The notes under the pieces: generated by a model
The model's input: only the letters and a program-made list of their open reading frames with translations
Told to the model about the DNA's origin: nothing
The model's database searches: none
In this document: positions 34,989 to 51,503 of the stretch, piece by piece
Position numbering within the stretch: position 1 is the stretch's first letter
How the letters are laid out: every line of letters begins with the position of its first letter
From: Tubiluchus corallicola
Taxonomy: Eukaryota > Animalia > Priapulida
Reading direction: 5' to 3'
Length of the DNA stretch: 57,061 bases
Assembly (NCBI GenBank): GCA_030141605.1
Contig: JAQGDQ010001182.1
Location: forward strand, 1-57,061
Program-made: the position numbers and the translations under genes

Positions 34989-37900
34989 TTTATTACCTAA
35001 AATCCGAATAAAAATGATCTTTGGATATTCAAAATTCAAAAAATATCTACGAGCCACATTTTAAAGAACAAAATTTACGTAAACATTTAAAAGACAGAAT
35101 TTACTATGTTGTACAGACACGAATTAAAATGAAAAGTTAAACATATTCTAAGAATAAAAATGTTTTAATTTTACATTAAAAAAACAGCAATACTTTGGGA
35201 GTTTTTGACCTCATCTGAAAGCACATTCCAAAAACGAGGGGGCAGCTGAAACTGGACTAGTTCTAAGTTGTACTATAAGTATTAGTATGAGTTGATTTTA
35301 GTCGGCAGGATGGATAAAATAACTGAATTGCACCTGAAATTTGTTGAAAATATTTTCAAAGGTACACGACGGATCTTTGCTCTTCTTTATCTTCACTGAG
35401 CCGTCAGACAAATCCAAAGAATTCTTTTTCCTGCAAAAAAATATTAGAGCGCCGATTGATAATGTGTAAAATTTTATCGTAAATAAGCAGTATCATAGTA
35501 CGAACAAGATAGACAACCTAAATTTAAGCACTGTACTATTTGTTGACAAACAAGAAACTTCTGAAACTTTCCACACCAGCAGGTGAATCACTTTACAGCT
35601 ATTTTCTTTACAGGCACTTGTAGTGCGCTGATTTGGAAAGTAAAAATAATTTTTTAAATCAAATGCCAAACAGACACACATCATCAAACTTCTTGTTTGT
35701 TTCAATCAACAAAGAAAGTCACAAACAAGTAAACAAAGCAACAGAAAACTACAAATACCCGAACAACTTCTGTATATCATGCGAGACTTTCTTCACAATC
35801 TGTTTCGCTTCATCTCTTGTTTTCCCAACACCGTACAAAGCAACTAAACGTTGATTGCCCTCGTGCAAGTAGAGGTCGTCTTTAGGCAGCGGAAAGTGCA
35901 GCGTGTACTGGTAATGTCGCGACAGCTTCTGTTGCACTTGCTTGTCAGCGTAACCACCAGGCGGAGCCGGGGTGTTAGGTTGAAAGTCGGGCTTTTCCGA
36001 TTTGACTGAAGCTACATAAAAAAACCGTTATAAGCAAGAAACAAATATGGCAGCAGTTCATTTTTTAATTCCCTTTATGACCAATGAACTTGTGTTTCAT
36101 AACTAGCAGCCATGTAAGTGTACAGCACTGAATGCACTGAAGTATTAAATAATGTATCATCTAAAAAATAGTTTATTGTTATCTCATTGTTATTGTATTT
36201 CCAAATTTGTATTGTTTAACATCCCTACATAACCGCAGCTCATATAAAAGTGCTAAACTCCCTATTTGTTAAATGCGGTAAATATTGACATAGTCCAAGC
36301 ATTTAAAAAAACCATCTCAACTGTAACAACAATGTACTTACACGGACCAACACTAGGAGGCATTTCGTCTTTAATAAAGTTCGTAAAAGCCCTATTAAAA
36401 TCATCGTTAACGTCTTCCATTTTCATGCCGATGCCGAGATCCATTTTAGAATTGACATCTAAATCCATGTGGTGCATCGGTTCCGAATCCGGTGGCTGAA
36501 ATCAGAAACACAGATGAACTTTGCAACTGATGAATGAATATTTTGTTATGTGAATGTTGATATCACAAAAGTGATGAGACAAAATATAAATAAGACGGTG
36601 GCAAGCAGGTTGATAAAGACGATGGTAAGCAGGTTGATAAGGACGATGGTAAGCAGGTTGATAAAGACGATGGTAAGCAGGTTGATAAAGACGATGGTAA
36701 GCAGGTTAATAAAGACGATGGTAAGCAAGTTGATAAAGACGATTGTAAGCAGGTTGATAAAGATGATGGTAAGCAGGCTGATAAAGACGATGGCAAGCAG
36801 GTTGATAAAGACGATGGTAAGCAGGTTGATAAAGACGATGGTAAGCAGGTTGATAAAGACGATGGTAAGCAGGCTGATAAAGACGATGGTAAGCAGGTTG
36901 ATAAAGACGATGGTAAGCAGGTTGATAAAGACGAAGGTAAGCAGGTTGATAAAGACGATGATAAGCAGGTTGATAAAGATGATGGTAAGCAAGTTGATAA
37001 AGACGATGGTAAGCTGGTTGATAAAGACGATGGTAAGCTGGTTGATAAAGACGGTGGTAAGCAGGTTGATAAAGACAATGGTAAGCAGGTTAATAAAGAT
37101 GATGGTAAGCAGGTCGATAAAGACGATGGTAAGCAGGTTGATAAAGACGATAGTAAGCAGGTTGATAAAGACGATGGTAAGCAGGTTGATAAAGACGATG
37201 ATAAGCAGGTTGATAAAGACGATAGTAAGCTGGTTGATAAAGATGATGGTAAGCAGGTTGATAAAGATGATGGTAAGCAGGTTAATAAAGATGATGGTAA
37301 GCAGGTCGATAAAGACGATGGTAAGCAGGTTGATAAAGACGATGGTAAGCAGGTTGATAAAGAGGATGGTAAGCAGGTTGATAAAGATGATGGTAAGCAG
37401 GTTGATAAAGAGGATGGTAAGCAGGTTGATAAAGAGGATGGTAAGCAGGTTGATAGAGGATGGTAAGCAGGTTGATAAAGACGATGGTAAGCAGGTTGAT
37501 AAAGACGATGGTAAGCAGGTTGATAAAGACGATTGTAAGCAGGTTGATAAAGACGATTGTAAGCAGGTTGATAAAGACGATGGTAAGCAGGTTGATAAAG
37601 ACGATTGTAAGCAGGTTGATAAAGCGATGGTAAGCAGGTTGATAAAGACGATGGTAAGCAGGTTGATAAAGACGATGGTAAGCAGGTTGATACAGACGAT
37701 GGTAAGCAGGTTGATACAGACGATGGTAAGCAGGTTGATAAAGACGATGGTAAGCAGGTTGATAAAGACGATTGTAAGCAGGTTGATAAAGACGATGGTA
37801 AGCAGGTTGATAAAGACGATGGTAAGCAGGTTGATAAAGACGATGGTAAGCAGGTTGATAAAGACGATGGTAAGCAGGTTGATAAAGACGATGGTAAGCA

Positions 37901-40900
37901 GGTTGATAAAGACGATGGTAAGCAGGTTGATAAAGACGATGGTAAGCAGGTTGATAAAGACGATGGTAAGCAGGTTGATAAAGACGATAGTAAGCAGGTT
38001 GATAAAGACGATGGTAAGCAGGTTGATAAACACTAAAAACTGTATTGTGGTTAAATCTAATCTTCTAAATGCATTAAAGCAAAACCGGACACAATCTTAA
38101 ACTGTAGGTCAAAACTGGGCACAAGCGCCTGCATTTCAGAAACGCATTGCATAAAAACACAGGTGCTGTACCTCTCAGTTCAGATGTTTTAGTTTGCGAC
38201 AAGCTGCGGACGTTCGACAGCTCATGAGTGAGCACAGCAATAAATGTGACATTTTTTTTTTTGAGATTTTTATCTTAAAGCTTGCCTAGTTTTAATACAA
38301 TACATTAAATATCTTACAGTAGCACTGTACTTCAATTTTCGCTTTTGCAAACACGTGCAAAACAATCGTAGAATATTTTGCTATTGAAAATTATGTTAGT
38401 TTGTGATGTCATCAATAGTTGGGCGAGCTCATTGTTCATTAAGATTTTAATCTATTATTCAACTATCACAAACTTTTGCAGTATTAATTGTGTTAAAGTG
38501 TATACTTTTTATCAGACTTGAAAATGAGGCAGTATATGAAAAATTATCCTGCTTTCCTTTAAATGTGTTATAAGGTTTTTGGTTACATAGAATATAATGA
38601 GTAAATACTCAAGCATGTCGATACTTGGTAAAAATAGACTATTCATGTCTACTGCAACATTTGAAAGAATTGGATTTTATATTACGATTTAGATCGACAT
38701 TACTGATCTTAACATTCTAATGAATATGTAATTGCTGGTTTTACAATGGATAAAATGGAAGAAATGTTACTAACCTTGTTGACTGAATAACTTGTACATA
38801 TGTTTCTAATATGTGTTTATGAATAACTTGTGTGTTGTTATTTCCTTTATTTGTTTTGTTACTGATTGCATGTTGCGAGATATGTGAATAATATACATAT
38901 ATAGTTCTAGAGTGCATTTAAATGCATTATATATAAGGCACGTACAATAAATCCTCGCTTAACGACTCAACGTTTAGCGACGTTTCGTTTTAACGACGCT
39001 GAACATTTGACTCCTTTCCCACTTAACGATGCACTGTTTCTCTGTAATGACGACAACTTTTTTTTACCTAATTTGATGCATTAAGACAGTACGTATTGCG
39101 TTATTCTCTTCTAAAAACGCACTAGTAACATAAACAGTGCAATTATTATACAAGTACAGTATACGGTTTTGCTTCCCGACTGACCACTAAATGCCGTTTG
39201 TATCAAGCGAGACCTGGGAGCAAACTTTATGCAAGGAATTTTGCCTGCAACCTGTTGCTATAGTAAGCAGACTAGATACAATTCCCAAGGTTGCCCAGCA
39301 CTTGGCTCTGACTCTGGCTACAGTGACAGTAGTGTTTATTGTTTAACCCCTGCCTACACTTAAATGTTAAGGAAGCAGAAACCAGGTAAGTAAGATATAT
39401 AGGTGGTTTCAGGTAAGCAGAAAGAAATTCATCAGTAGAAACATGAGAAAAACTCAAACAATGTTTAATTTATATGATTTAAGCAGCAGTGATTTTTGCC
39501 TCTGGAACGTATCCCAGCTCTTCTACATTACTTTCTATGGAAATCTTGGCTTCGTTTAACGGCGTTTCGCTTAACGTCGTGTTTTATTGAAACGCATTAG
39601 CATCGTTGAGCGAGGACTTACTATAATTGAAACTAGAAGGATGAAAAAACACTGAGTGCTTAGGTAATAGATCAGGTAAATAACCAAATTTGCACATATG
39701 TGACTGTACTTATCTATATATTAATATTCTTGGTATGGGCTTAATATATATATATAAGATTCGACGCTACAGCTTCGACACAGATTTTTTCGAAATTTTG
39801 GCCAAACAGCCTGCGGGAAAAACGTTCTAGCGGCGCCTGGTGGGACTCTCGGAAGGAGATATATGGCTCTTTAGAAAGAGGAAAAGCGGGGCTACACGAT
39901 GATGTGGGCTATACTTTAGGGCAGGCCCACCGAGAGGAGTGACGACGAGTTAATTACATGTTCCATTTTCGGCAATTTTCGCTTAGAAAACTGCTGACGC
40001 AAACCCATTGTTGTGACGTCAATCCATTATACTCTGCCTATAACCTTATAACTTTAATTCAGTAAAAGCTGCCGCTACTGTCTTTGCGTTAGGTAAGTAG
40101 ACAAACAGTAGGCAGGATGTTCGCGTATTTTTGCGGACTATGTAGGATGTTCGCGTATTATTGATCACACGTGTATTTATACGCAAAATCTTTTGCGGGG
40201 CCTTTGCTAGTAAGTAATTATAATTATAGCAGATTAAGTATGTCAATATTAGTCCTAATTTACAAGTAAACAATTAAGTGAACATCTGACAAAACACAAA
40301 GAGTAAAAAAGCAAACAAACCTGAACACTTCGAACGGACTCCGGTCCCATCGTGTACGGCGTCTGCGGTAAGATGCTGACACCAACAGTGGGCAGTGCGG
40401 TCAAATCACCACGAGAAATCAACGTGCACATGTACTGATCGTGAGAGAACACGTCGTGTCTGATCAGCTCGTAAAATAGCAACACTAAGTTAGGAAATGG
40501 CGTTCGTCTATCTAAAGATGACTTTTCTTCTGTAGGAAACAAAGATAATAAAAATGAAAAAATTCAACTCAAAACAACTTCGTATATATATATATAAATG
40601 TATTTTGCAATTGTGTTAATTAGTAGACGCTTAATTGGTATGTATTAGTACGTCTACACACACACACATATATATATATCTATCTATACGAAGTTGTTTT
40701 GAGTTAAATTTTTTGATTTATATATATTCATATTCTTTCACAAAATGCTTTTGTGAAGCCCAACTGTTAGGGTAATAAGAGTACAAAGACCTAATGTACA
40801 AACAACAATACTGCTTGAGTGCAGGAATGTTACCTAAAATGAAATTTCGTTTTAGTTTGTCGATAGTTGCGCTTTCGGTTGAGTTTTGTTTTCGTCAAAA

Positions 40901-43900
40901 ATTAGCTAGTTTTTCTAGAGGAACCTTTGGTAGCATGATTCCGAGTAGTAGCATTTATCCAGCTTACTTTATTAGATGTTAAATAGTTGAAAATTTTCGG
41001 TTAAAGTAGTACAAATGAAACGTAAATATCGTTTATTTAACTTTTTATACCATTTGTAGCATACGTTTTACGGCAATATGGCATATCTTCAGTGCTGACG
41101 AATGTGAAGCTTTAAGGTCTCCAGGCACAATCAATCGAAATATGAAAGTGTAACTTGAATAAAACCAAGTTTAATTTTATATTTTATGAAATATAGGCAA
41201 CAAAATATTTACAAAATGAAAATTTGTCAATTTTTGTAAAGCTTGATGATTTTTAACTTTAAACATTGTTCTACTTTTTTGATTAAGATTTTTTGCCTAG
41301 CTACTTTATCAAGCTTGTATCAGAGCAAATACATGCAAAAAGAAAGTATTTTATTTATTTCAGATGTTGATTCAGTTTTGGTAATAGTTGGTTTTGCAAA
41401 AATGATCTCAGTTCGGTTCTCTTTCGGTATCAGTTTCCTATGTTTCATAAATTTCGGTTTCGGTTTGTAATCTCAGTTTCGGTAACATTCCTGCTTGAGT
41501 GTGTAGAGAATTATACCTTGAACAGGCGCTTGTGTGTCTAGGAAATGAAGCAAAAGGTTCTGAAACACGGGATGTGAATAACTGCCTTCCCTTTCTTCTC
41601 CGGCCTCACCTTCATTAGACTGAAGCACGAAAAAAACCACACAGCCGCAGTGAGTGACGTGCTGCAGTAATTATTGTTATTTGATATTTTCTAGCCAATG
41701 AAAGAACGAATTATCAAATGTCAATGCAGAAATACTACACATAAATAAACTTAGTTAACTACATCGATCATAACAGTACACGCTACCATTGTATTACGTT
41801 TTTACAAATACAATTATATAGATGGATAGTTTATTGAACAGGTCAGCAAGGCCGATCAATATGAACAGGTCAGCAAGGCCGATCAATATGAACAGGTCAG
41901 CAAGGCCGATCAATATGAACAGGTCAGCAAGGCCGATCAATATGAACAGGTCAGCAAGGCCGATCAATATGAACAGGTCAGCAAGGTCAATTAAAACAAT
42001 AACAAACATTTCATACAATAGATTACATGCATTTTCGGATAAATTTTTCCACTGCACATTGTATGACAGTGTTTTGTGGCTGCATCAAACAAAACTGTTT
42101 TTCATTTTCAGTTAAAACACTAAAAGTAGGAACAAACTAAGAAACTGTGTTCAACATCAAGTTAAGGGCAGAACTATGTCTTGAGCAGTACAATAAAAAA
42201 TGGCATTTATCTTCTACAACATTGCAGACACTGCAAACTCGATTTTCACGTGGAATAGGTGATCTTACATATCTACTAGTTTCGATCGCCAAACGATGAA
42301 CGCTAGTTTTAAATTTTATCAATGCCTTTCTACCTTTAAGATTCCCTACATTGCCTAAATAAGTTTCCACTTCAAAAATTCTGTTTAAATGAGATAACCA
42401 TTGCTCGTAGAGTTTTAAGACTGTCTCTTTAATATAACATAGTTTGTCTGCAGTGTCATTTCTGAAAGATATAGAGCATCTCTTTATTTTAATACTTTAA
42501 TATTTTGAGGCCAAATGGTAAGTGTAGCAGACAACACATTTGTGTACACTTGACAACACCTTGTTGAGCCATACTATTGTAATAGTAACAGTTCTAACAG
42601 CTAGAACCTTACAGGGTTCCCACAGAATTTTAAAAGGAATTTTCCTGACTTCTCCATGTCATTTCCCTGACCAAATATTGATTTTCCATGACTACGATAA
42701 ACAGAAATTGCATTATCAGTATACATATTAAAACATTTTCATGCATGGATGTGCATACATATACTGATATATAATGTGTCAGCCAATCATTATTTTTGGA
42801 GCAGAAATCAAAACTGGAAGCCTGTCATGGTGAAATTTAATCTAAACACGAATTATTGAAATGAAAAAATATGTTTGGAAAAATCGATTCACTGTGATCA
42901 GTTTTGCAACCCCCTCCAATTTCCCTGACTTTTCGACCTATTTTCATCATTTTCCCTGACCAAATTACCCTTTTCTCTGACTTTCCAGGATAGCCTGTAT
43001 TTTCAAGGATTTTTAGGATTTTCCCTGACAGTGGAAACTCTGACCTTACCTAGTTCATTCTTTCTTGTTCCCAAGCAAGATCGTACCAGTAAATCACTCT
43101 ATGCACAGACTAATGCATAATTAGTTAAGTCCACGAAAAAGAACTGAAGTTACTGAAATTATGCGGTAGACAACTTTGCTTTACCCACACGTCAAGTGAC
43201 GATTGTAGTTAAAGACGCATTGCTGTGGTACGCTTAACCTTTGACCTCCAGCAACTGCGCGCGAATACAACGAAACTATGAAAAGGCTTATTTACAAGTG
43301 TGGTTTACGTACGTCTGGCAAGAGTTCATTTTGTCGTTTCTCCAACAGTTTAGCAACAACTATTGCTCGATGATCACCGCTTCTTCTAGTTGATACGGCC
43401 CATTCACACAAGTGCAGGACAACCGGGTTGTCACCAACATGAGGCTAACATAGAGAAACCAAGTTCAAATCAATTTATCTTAGTATAGCAAAATTTATAC
43501 AGTCCAATCCTGGTAATACGATTCTTTTTATAACGTAATTCTCGGTAGTAAGATGATTTTATTATGTCCCTGCCAAGGTGATAATAAAACTTTAGTAATC
43601 ATGTATGCTAGGAAACTCATTATTACTAAACCCCCATTTATACAAGGTGATAATAAAACTTTAGTAATCATGTACGGTTGCTAGGAAACTCATTATTACT
43701 AGACCCCCATTTATACAAGGTGATAATAAAACTTTAGTAATCATGTACGGTTGCTAGGAAACTCATTATTACTAAACTCCCGTTTATACAAGGTGATAAT
43801 AAAACTTTAGTAATCATGTATGGTTGCTAGGAAACTCATTATTACTAAACTCCCGTTTATACAAGGTGATAATAAAACTTTAGTAATCATGAATGGTTAC

Positions 43901-46900
43901 TAGGAAACTCATTATTACTAAACCCCCATTTATACAAGGTGATAATAAAACTTTAGTAATCATGTACGGTTGCTAGGAAACTCATTATTACTAAACTCCC
44001 GTTTATACAAGGTGATAATAAAACTTTAGTAATCATGTACGGTTGCTAGGAAACTCATTATTACTAAACTCCCGTTTATACAAGGTGATAATAAAACTTT
44101 AGTAATCATGTATGGTTGCTAGGAAACTCATTATTACTAAACTCCCGTTTATACAAGGTGATAATAAAACTTTAGTAATCATGAAAGGTTGCTAGGAAAC
44201 TCATTATTACTAAACTCCCGTTTATACAAGGTGATAATAAAACTTTAGTAATCATGAAAGGTTGCTAGGAAACTCATTATTACTAGACCCCCATTTATAC
44301 AAGGTGATAATAAAACTTTAGTAATCATGTACGGTTGCTAGGAAACTCATTATTACCAAACCCCCATTTATACAAGGTGATAATAAAACTTTAGTAATCA
44401 TGTATGGTTGCTAGGAAACTCATTATTACCAAACCCCCATTTATACAAGGTGATAATAAAACTTTAGTAATCATGTACGGTTGCTAGGAAACTCATTATT
44501 ACTAAACTCCCGTTTATACAAGGTGATAATAAAACTTTAGTAATCATGTATGGTTGCTAGGAAACTCATTATTACTAAACTCCCGTTTATACAAGGTGAT
44601 AATAAAACTTTAGTAATCATGTATGGTTACTAGGAAACTCATTATTACTAAACTCCCGTTTATACAAGGTGATAATAAAACTTTAGTAATCATGAAAGGT
44701 TGCTAGGAAACTCATTATTACTAAACTCCCGTTTATACAAGGTGATAATAAAACTTTAGTAATCATGTATGGTTGCTAGGAAACTCATTATTACTAGACC
44801 CCCATTTATACAAGGTGATAATAAAACTTTAGTAATCATGTACGGTTGCTAGGAAACTCATTATTACTAAACTCCCGTTTATACAAGGTGATAATAAAAC
44901 TTTAGTAATCATGTATGGTTGCTAGGAAACTCATTATTACTAAACCCGCGTTTATACAAGGTGATAATAAAACTTTAGTAATCATGTATGGTTGCTAGGA
45001 AACTCATTATTACTAAACACCCACTTATACAAGGTGATAATAAAACTTTAGTAATCATGTATGGTTGCTAGGAAACTCATTATTACTAAACCCCCTCTTA
45101 TACAAGGTGATAATAAAACTTTAGTAATCATGTACGGTTGCTAGGAAACTTATTATTACTAAACCCCCGTTTATACAAGGCGATAATAAAACTTTAGTAA
45201 TCATGTATGGTTGCTAGGAAACTCATTATTACTAGACCCCCATTTATACAAGGTGATAATAAAACTTTAGTAATCATGTATGGTTGCTAGGAAACTCATT
45301 ATTACTAAACCCCCTTTTATACAAGGTGATAATAAAACTTTAGTAATCATGTATGGTTGCTAGGAAACTCATTATTACTAAACCCCCGTTTATACAAGGT
45401 GATAATAAAACTTTAGTAATCATGTATGGTTACTAGGAAACTCATTATTACTAAACCCCCTTTTATACAAAGTGATAATAAAACTTTAGTAATCATGTAT
45501 GGTTGCTAGGAAACTCATTATTACTAAACCCCCTTTTATACAAGGTGATAATAAAACTTTAGTAATCATGTACGGTTGCTAGGAAACTCATTATTACTAA
45601 ACCCGCGTTTATACAAGGTGATAATAAAACTTTAGTAATCATGTATGGTTACTAGGAAACTCATTATTACTAAACCCCCTTTTATACAAGGTGATAATAA
45701 AACTTTAGTAATCATGTATGGCTGCTAGGAAACTCATTATTACTAAACCCCCTTTTATACAAGGTGATAATAAAACTTTAGTAATCATGTATGGTTGCTA
45801 GGAAACTCATTATTGCTAAACCCCCACTTATACAAGGTGATAATAAAACTTTAGTATTCATGTATGGTTGCTAGGAAACTCATTATTACTAAACCCCCGT
45901 TTATACAAGGTGATAATAAAACTTTAGTAATCATGTATGGTTGCTAGGAAACTCATTATTACTAAACACCCACTTATACAAGGTGATAATAAAACTTTAG
46001 TAATCATGTATGGTTGCTAGGAAACTCATTATTACTAAACCCCCGTTTATACAAGGTGATAATAAAACTTTAGTAATCATGTATGGTTGCTAGGAAACTC
46101 ATTATTACTAAACCCGCGTTTATACAAGGTGATAATAAAACTTTAGTAATCATGTATGGTTGCTAGGAAACTCATTATTACTAAACACCCACTTATACAA
46201 GGTGATAATAAAACTTTAGTAATCATGTATGGTTGCTAGGAAACTCATTATTACTAAACACCCACTTATACAAGGTGATAATAAAACTTTAGTAATCATG
46301 TATGGTTGCTAGGAAACTCATTATTACTAAACCCCCGTTTATACAAGGTGATAATAAAACTTTAGTAATCATGTATGGTTGCTAGGAAACTCATTATTAC
46401 TAAACCCAAATTTATACAAGGTGATAATAAAACTTTAGTAATCATGCATGGTTGCTAGGAAACTCATTATTACTAAACCCCCATTTATACATTGATCTCT
46501 GAAAGTTCCTCCAAAATAATTTTAATATAAACAGACATATGAAATAATTGTTATTCACTAAAAATTGATTTCCATACCTAATTTTGAATCAAAAGACCAA
46601 AAAATCAATCAGTTTTTTAAACAAAGTGTTTAAAGTTAGACTAAGACAAATTACCTAAACATACGTGCTGTCATTGTGCATTAATGTTTAATGTTAATGT
46701 CATGGCCTGGAAAGTCCTAAAACGACATGCAGACCCAGAAAAACGTCCTAAAAACATGTAGACCCAGAAAAACGTCCTAAAAAGACATGTACGCCCAGAA
46801 AAAGTAGTGTTTCTGGAACATTCCGCAAAATGTGCCTGGCATTCATTTCCGGAAGCAGAAATATCATAGAATATTCTGTCTTTATTTTTGACAAACTATT

Positions 46901-49900
46901 ACATACTGGGATATCCTGGAATAAGATTTTCCCGTAAGTGAATTCTATGAAATGTCACAAGCTTAAGCATTTATATCATCACTTATAATCAGTTACCTCA
47001 TTATTGGTTTCGCCATTTACTGGAAGAAAAATTTTAGAGTACAACGTATCCAGACTGTTATTAGCATCACTGCGGTCAAAACAGTGCCGGTCTAAAGCCT
47101 CCAGTACATCCAAAATACGCTGCATTATGTGGCCTATAGAATATACAAAATAAATGACAATGATTCTTAAATGTACAGCACAATACTAAAGCTTGTTTTG
47201 AAAATAATATATTTCCTGTAATACTGTAATATGTAACAATGGTAGAAATATTCTTGTAAGATCAAAAACAAAAATGAAAAAAAAAATCCACTATAATAAA
47301 TTAAAAGAGATGATGTGTTTAATGCACGCTAACTAAATGTGAAAAATGGAAATAAATGAAAAAAGTTCCACTATAATAAATTAAAAAAGATGATGTGTTT
47401 TAATGCACGCTAACTAAATGTGAAAAATGGAAATAAAAACCCTCTCAAACTGCCACTAAACTAAACTTTGAACAGAATTTTTACAAGCCGTCAACAAGGT
47501 CCATATGGCAGTCAAATGTGAAATTGTTTATCACGATACACGATACAAGATACAATCAGAAGTTTTACGCATACAAAAATAAAAATACGAACAGTGCAAA
47601 ACCCGACGAACATTTATATCGCCGGATTCGAATAAGATCTGGATCCATTAAAATTACCGGATCTCGTGACGCGGAACCGGATTCAACACATCTCTACTAA
47701 AATTAAACATTTAAACTTAAAAAATATAACCAGGTTCGAAAAGTATTAATATAATAGATAAAATGGTCATATTATTAAATTTTTTAGTCATTTTCGGTCG
47801 ATAATCATATTAAAATAGCAGTAATAATATACAGTTATTTGCTATTAATTTAGTTTAAAACCAGTATGGCCTTACAGGTACATGCAACTTTGCTTCTTTT
47901 AGTGTCATTATTGCATAGTCAAATTAATTTGTCAGCTATTTGGTTTTAATTAGTTAGTTTTGCCCAAAGATCTCTGCTTTACTAACTTTGTTTTCACTTT
48001 GTTTTGCATAATTTTATTTACCATAATTGTTTGCTATTAATTTAATTTTGATCTGTTTTTCTATTCAAATCTTTATTTTGTTCTAACAATATTTGCTCGC
48101 CATGCTGAAATTAGTAGACTCACAATTTAGGGATGGCAGACTAGATGACCTTTTGCTCTTTCGCCATCCCGCCCTTCTTTAATCTTTGTAAATCGTTGTT
48201 ATATACTATCTATGATTGTTATTTTGAAGGCAAAAAATAAATTATTATTATTATTATTATTAGTTAAATTTGAAAGTCAACAGATTTTTGAATTGCACGA
48301 AGTGGGAATTGTCTAAACATTAGGAGGAGTAGCAAGGCAGGGGCGCCAGACGTTACCACCCCCCCATGCCACAGCAAGCACCTGCTACGCCACTGCTAAA
48401 CATACAGGTATATACAAACGCACCTTGAGCTGATTGCTGACATTTATCGGTCGACCATCGCATCTCACACGCTATGCTTCTCTGCCTAATCTCATTCTCG
48501 CTCATTTGCATTTGAGCTTTTACCTAAACAGAAAAAGTTAGAATACAACATTTAATTTAACAAGAATTTTATACTATTTTTTAATATCAGGAAGTACAAG
48601 TACCTGTATAAGCAGGTACCTTTCCTCAAAATATCAAAAACAGATTTTATACGCTGATGAATCCACTTAACATATCCAGGGAAAATACATCCGGCCGCTT
48701 AATAAATCCATTTAATTTCGCACCAGATGGATTTATTAAGAAAAGTATGTACACTATACATGCAAAGGCACTAAATAGGTTTCATCCTCAGATAATACTT
48801 CATAAGCTGTAAAAGTGCATGTACTACAGCGGCATTCGATTATTTTGTTACGTTAAAAATGACTTACCTCCAATATATTTCCAATAGGTGGCATTGGTAA
48901 GTTAGAGGGGGCACAAGGTAACATATCTAACGGTGAACCACTGTATACGATGCTCGTACGACCTTCACCTATTAGCCAAAAAAATTACAGTAGTAGCAAA
49001 GTATCATTTCATACAGATAGCAGAAATTATTTCCACTAACATCACTATATTGTGACATCACTTGATTCACCTACACCACCACAGTGTGACATCACTTGTT
49101 TCATGAACAGTACCACCACATCGTGACATCACTTGATTCACCTACACCACCATATCGTGACATCACTTGTTTCACTAACACCACCACATCGTGACATCAC
49201 TTGATTCCCCTACACCACCACATCGTGACATCACTTGTTTCATCAACAATACCACCACATCGTGACATCACTTGTTTCACCAACACCACCACATCGTGAC
49301 ATCACATGTTTCACTAACACCACCACATCGTGACATCACTTGATTCCCCTACACCACCATATCGTGACATCACTTGTTTCATCAACAATACCACCACATC
49401 GTGACATCACTTGTTTCACCAACACCACCACATCGTGACATCACATGTTTCACTAACATCACCACATCGTGACATCACTTGTTTCACCAACACCACCACA
49501 TCGTGATATCACTTGGTTCACCAACATCACCACATCGTGACATCACTTGTTTCACCAATACCACCACATCGTGACATCACTTGGTTCACCAACATCACCA
49601 CATCGTGACATCACTTGTTTCACCAATACCACCACATCGTGACATCACTTGGTTCACCAACATCACCACATCGTGACATCACTAGTTTCATCAACACCAC
49701 ACCATCATGACATCACTTGATTCACCAATACCACCACAACGAGACATCACTTGTTTCACCATCACCACCACATCTTGACATCACTTGTTTCACCAACACC
49801 ACCACAGAGTAACATCATTTTTTCCAATGATGATGTTGCACAAACATATTTTTTAAATTTTCAAAACCTTAGCAGAGGTGAAATTGTCAAATGATCTTGA

Positions 49901-51503
49901 AACTATTCTTACACCAAATTTTCTGTTTGCAAAGAATCAACCGAGATACATTAGCTAAGTTCTGCCAGATCATACATAACCTAGGTTCTGCCAGATGATA
50001 CATTACCTAGCTTCTGCTAGATGACACGTTACCTAGGTTCTGCTAGATGATGCGTTACCTAGCTTCTGCTAGATGATGCGTTACCTAGGTTCTGCTAGAT
50101 GATGCGTTACCTAGGTTCTGCTAGATGATGCATTACCCAGGTTCTGCTAGATGACATGTTACCTAGGTTCTGCTAGATGATACGTTACCCAGGTTCTGCT
50201 AGATGATACGTTACCTAGCTTCTGCTAGATGACATGTTACCTAGGTTCTGCTAGATGATACGTTACCTAGGTTCTGCTAGATGACACGTTACCCAGGTTC
50301 TGCTAGATGACATGTTACCTAGGTTCTGCTAGATGATACGTTACCTAGGTTCTGCTAGATGATACGTTACCTAGGTTCTGCTAGATGACATGTTACCTAG
50401 GTTCTGCTAGATGAATGGTTTGTGTGTTGGTTCTGCTAGATGATACGTTACCTAGGTTCTGCTAAATGACACGTTACCCAGGTTCTGCTAGATGACATGT
50501 TACCTAGGTTCTGCTAGATGACATGTTACCAGGTTCTGCTAGATGACATGTTACCTAGGTTCTGCTAGATGATACGTTACCTAGGTTCTGCTAGATGACA
50601 TGTTACCTAGGTTCTGCTAGATGACATGTTACCTAGGTTCTGCTAGATGATACGTTACCAGGTTCTGCTAGATGACATGTTACCTAGGTTCTGCTAGATG
50701 ATACGTTACCTAGGTTCTGCTAGATGATACGTTACCTAGGTTCTGCTAGATGACATGTTACCTAGGTTCTGCTAGATGACATGTTACCCAGGTTCTGCTA
50801 GATGATGCATTACCTAGGTTCTGCTAGATGACATGTTACCCAGGTTCTGATAAAGTGACACGTTACCCAGGTTCTGCTAGATGATACATTGCCTAGTTTC
50901 TGCTAGATGATGCGTTACCTAGGTTCTGCTAGATGACATGTTACCTAGGTTCTGCTAAATGACACGTTACCCAGGTTCTGCTAGACGATACATTGTGTTT
51001 TGTACCCAGTGTTTCTGCTAGATGATACATTACCTAGGTTGTGCCAGATGAGAGCCGACGTACAACAAAGAGTGATACATTGAACAATGCAGCCGAGTCC
51101 CAACACAAGACTCCGATGATACGAACAACAGTTATATTCAGACCAAAGACCTCCAGCAGCAACAGAGAGCGATTCCGGTCCTCCTGAAACACTTTAAACA
51201 AAAAATTTCATTCAGGAATAATTTTAGACATCACATAAACCTTTTATGATGACAAATAATAGATAAAAACCTTTTCAAGCTGGTGAAATTTTCATTATTA
51301 TCCTGTAAGTAATAATTTAAAAAACATATAGAAATTCAATTGAAAAAAAAATTAAATTACCCATTTGCATTTCCTGTCACCAGAGGACTCTGTATCTTCG
51401 GTGATGGACAAGGGGCTTCATTAGCTAGCTGTACTAATTTCTTCACACAGAAGTGACACAAACGTCGAGATAACTGCTCAGACTGGACAAATTCATCTAT
51501 GTA
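29703..51503 (-). CDS. MED12: Mirror partial MED12 copy, 17 exons, ending at the fold-back junction
   Basis: Exons on the minus strand: 51361-51503, 51034-51191, 48868-48968, 48424-48523, 46997-47133, 43313-43444, 41517-41619, 40321-40529, 36342-36495, 35759-36011, 35334-35430, 34418-34609, 32686-32852, 31919-32027, 30889-31025, 30120-30230, 29703-29844. The splice sites checked are intact, and the coding differences noticed are synonymous. Confidence 0.93.
39713..40210 (+). mobile_element. Non-autonomous Helitron (mirror copy)
   Basis: A|TCTATATA...CGCAAAATCTTTTGCGGGGCCTTTGCTAG|T. Confidence 0.8.
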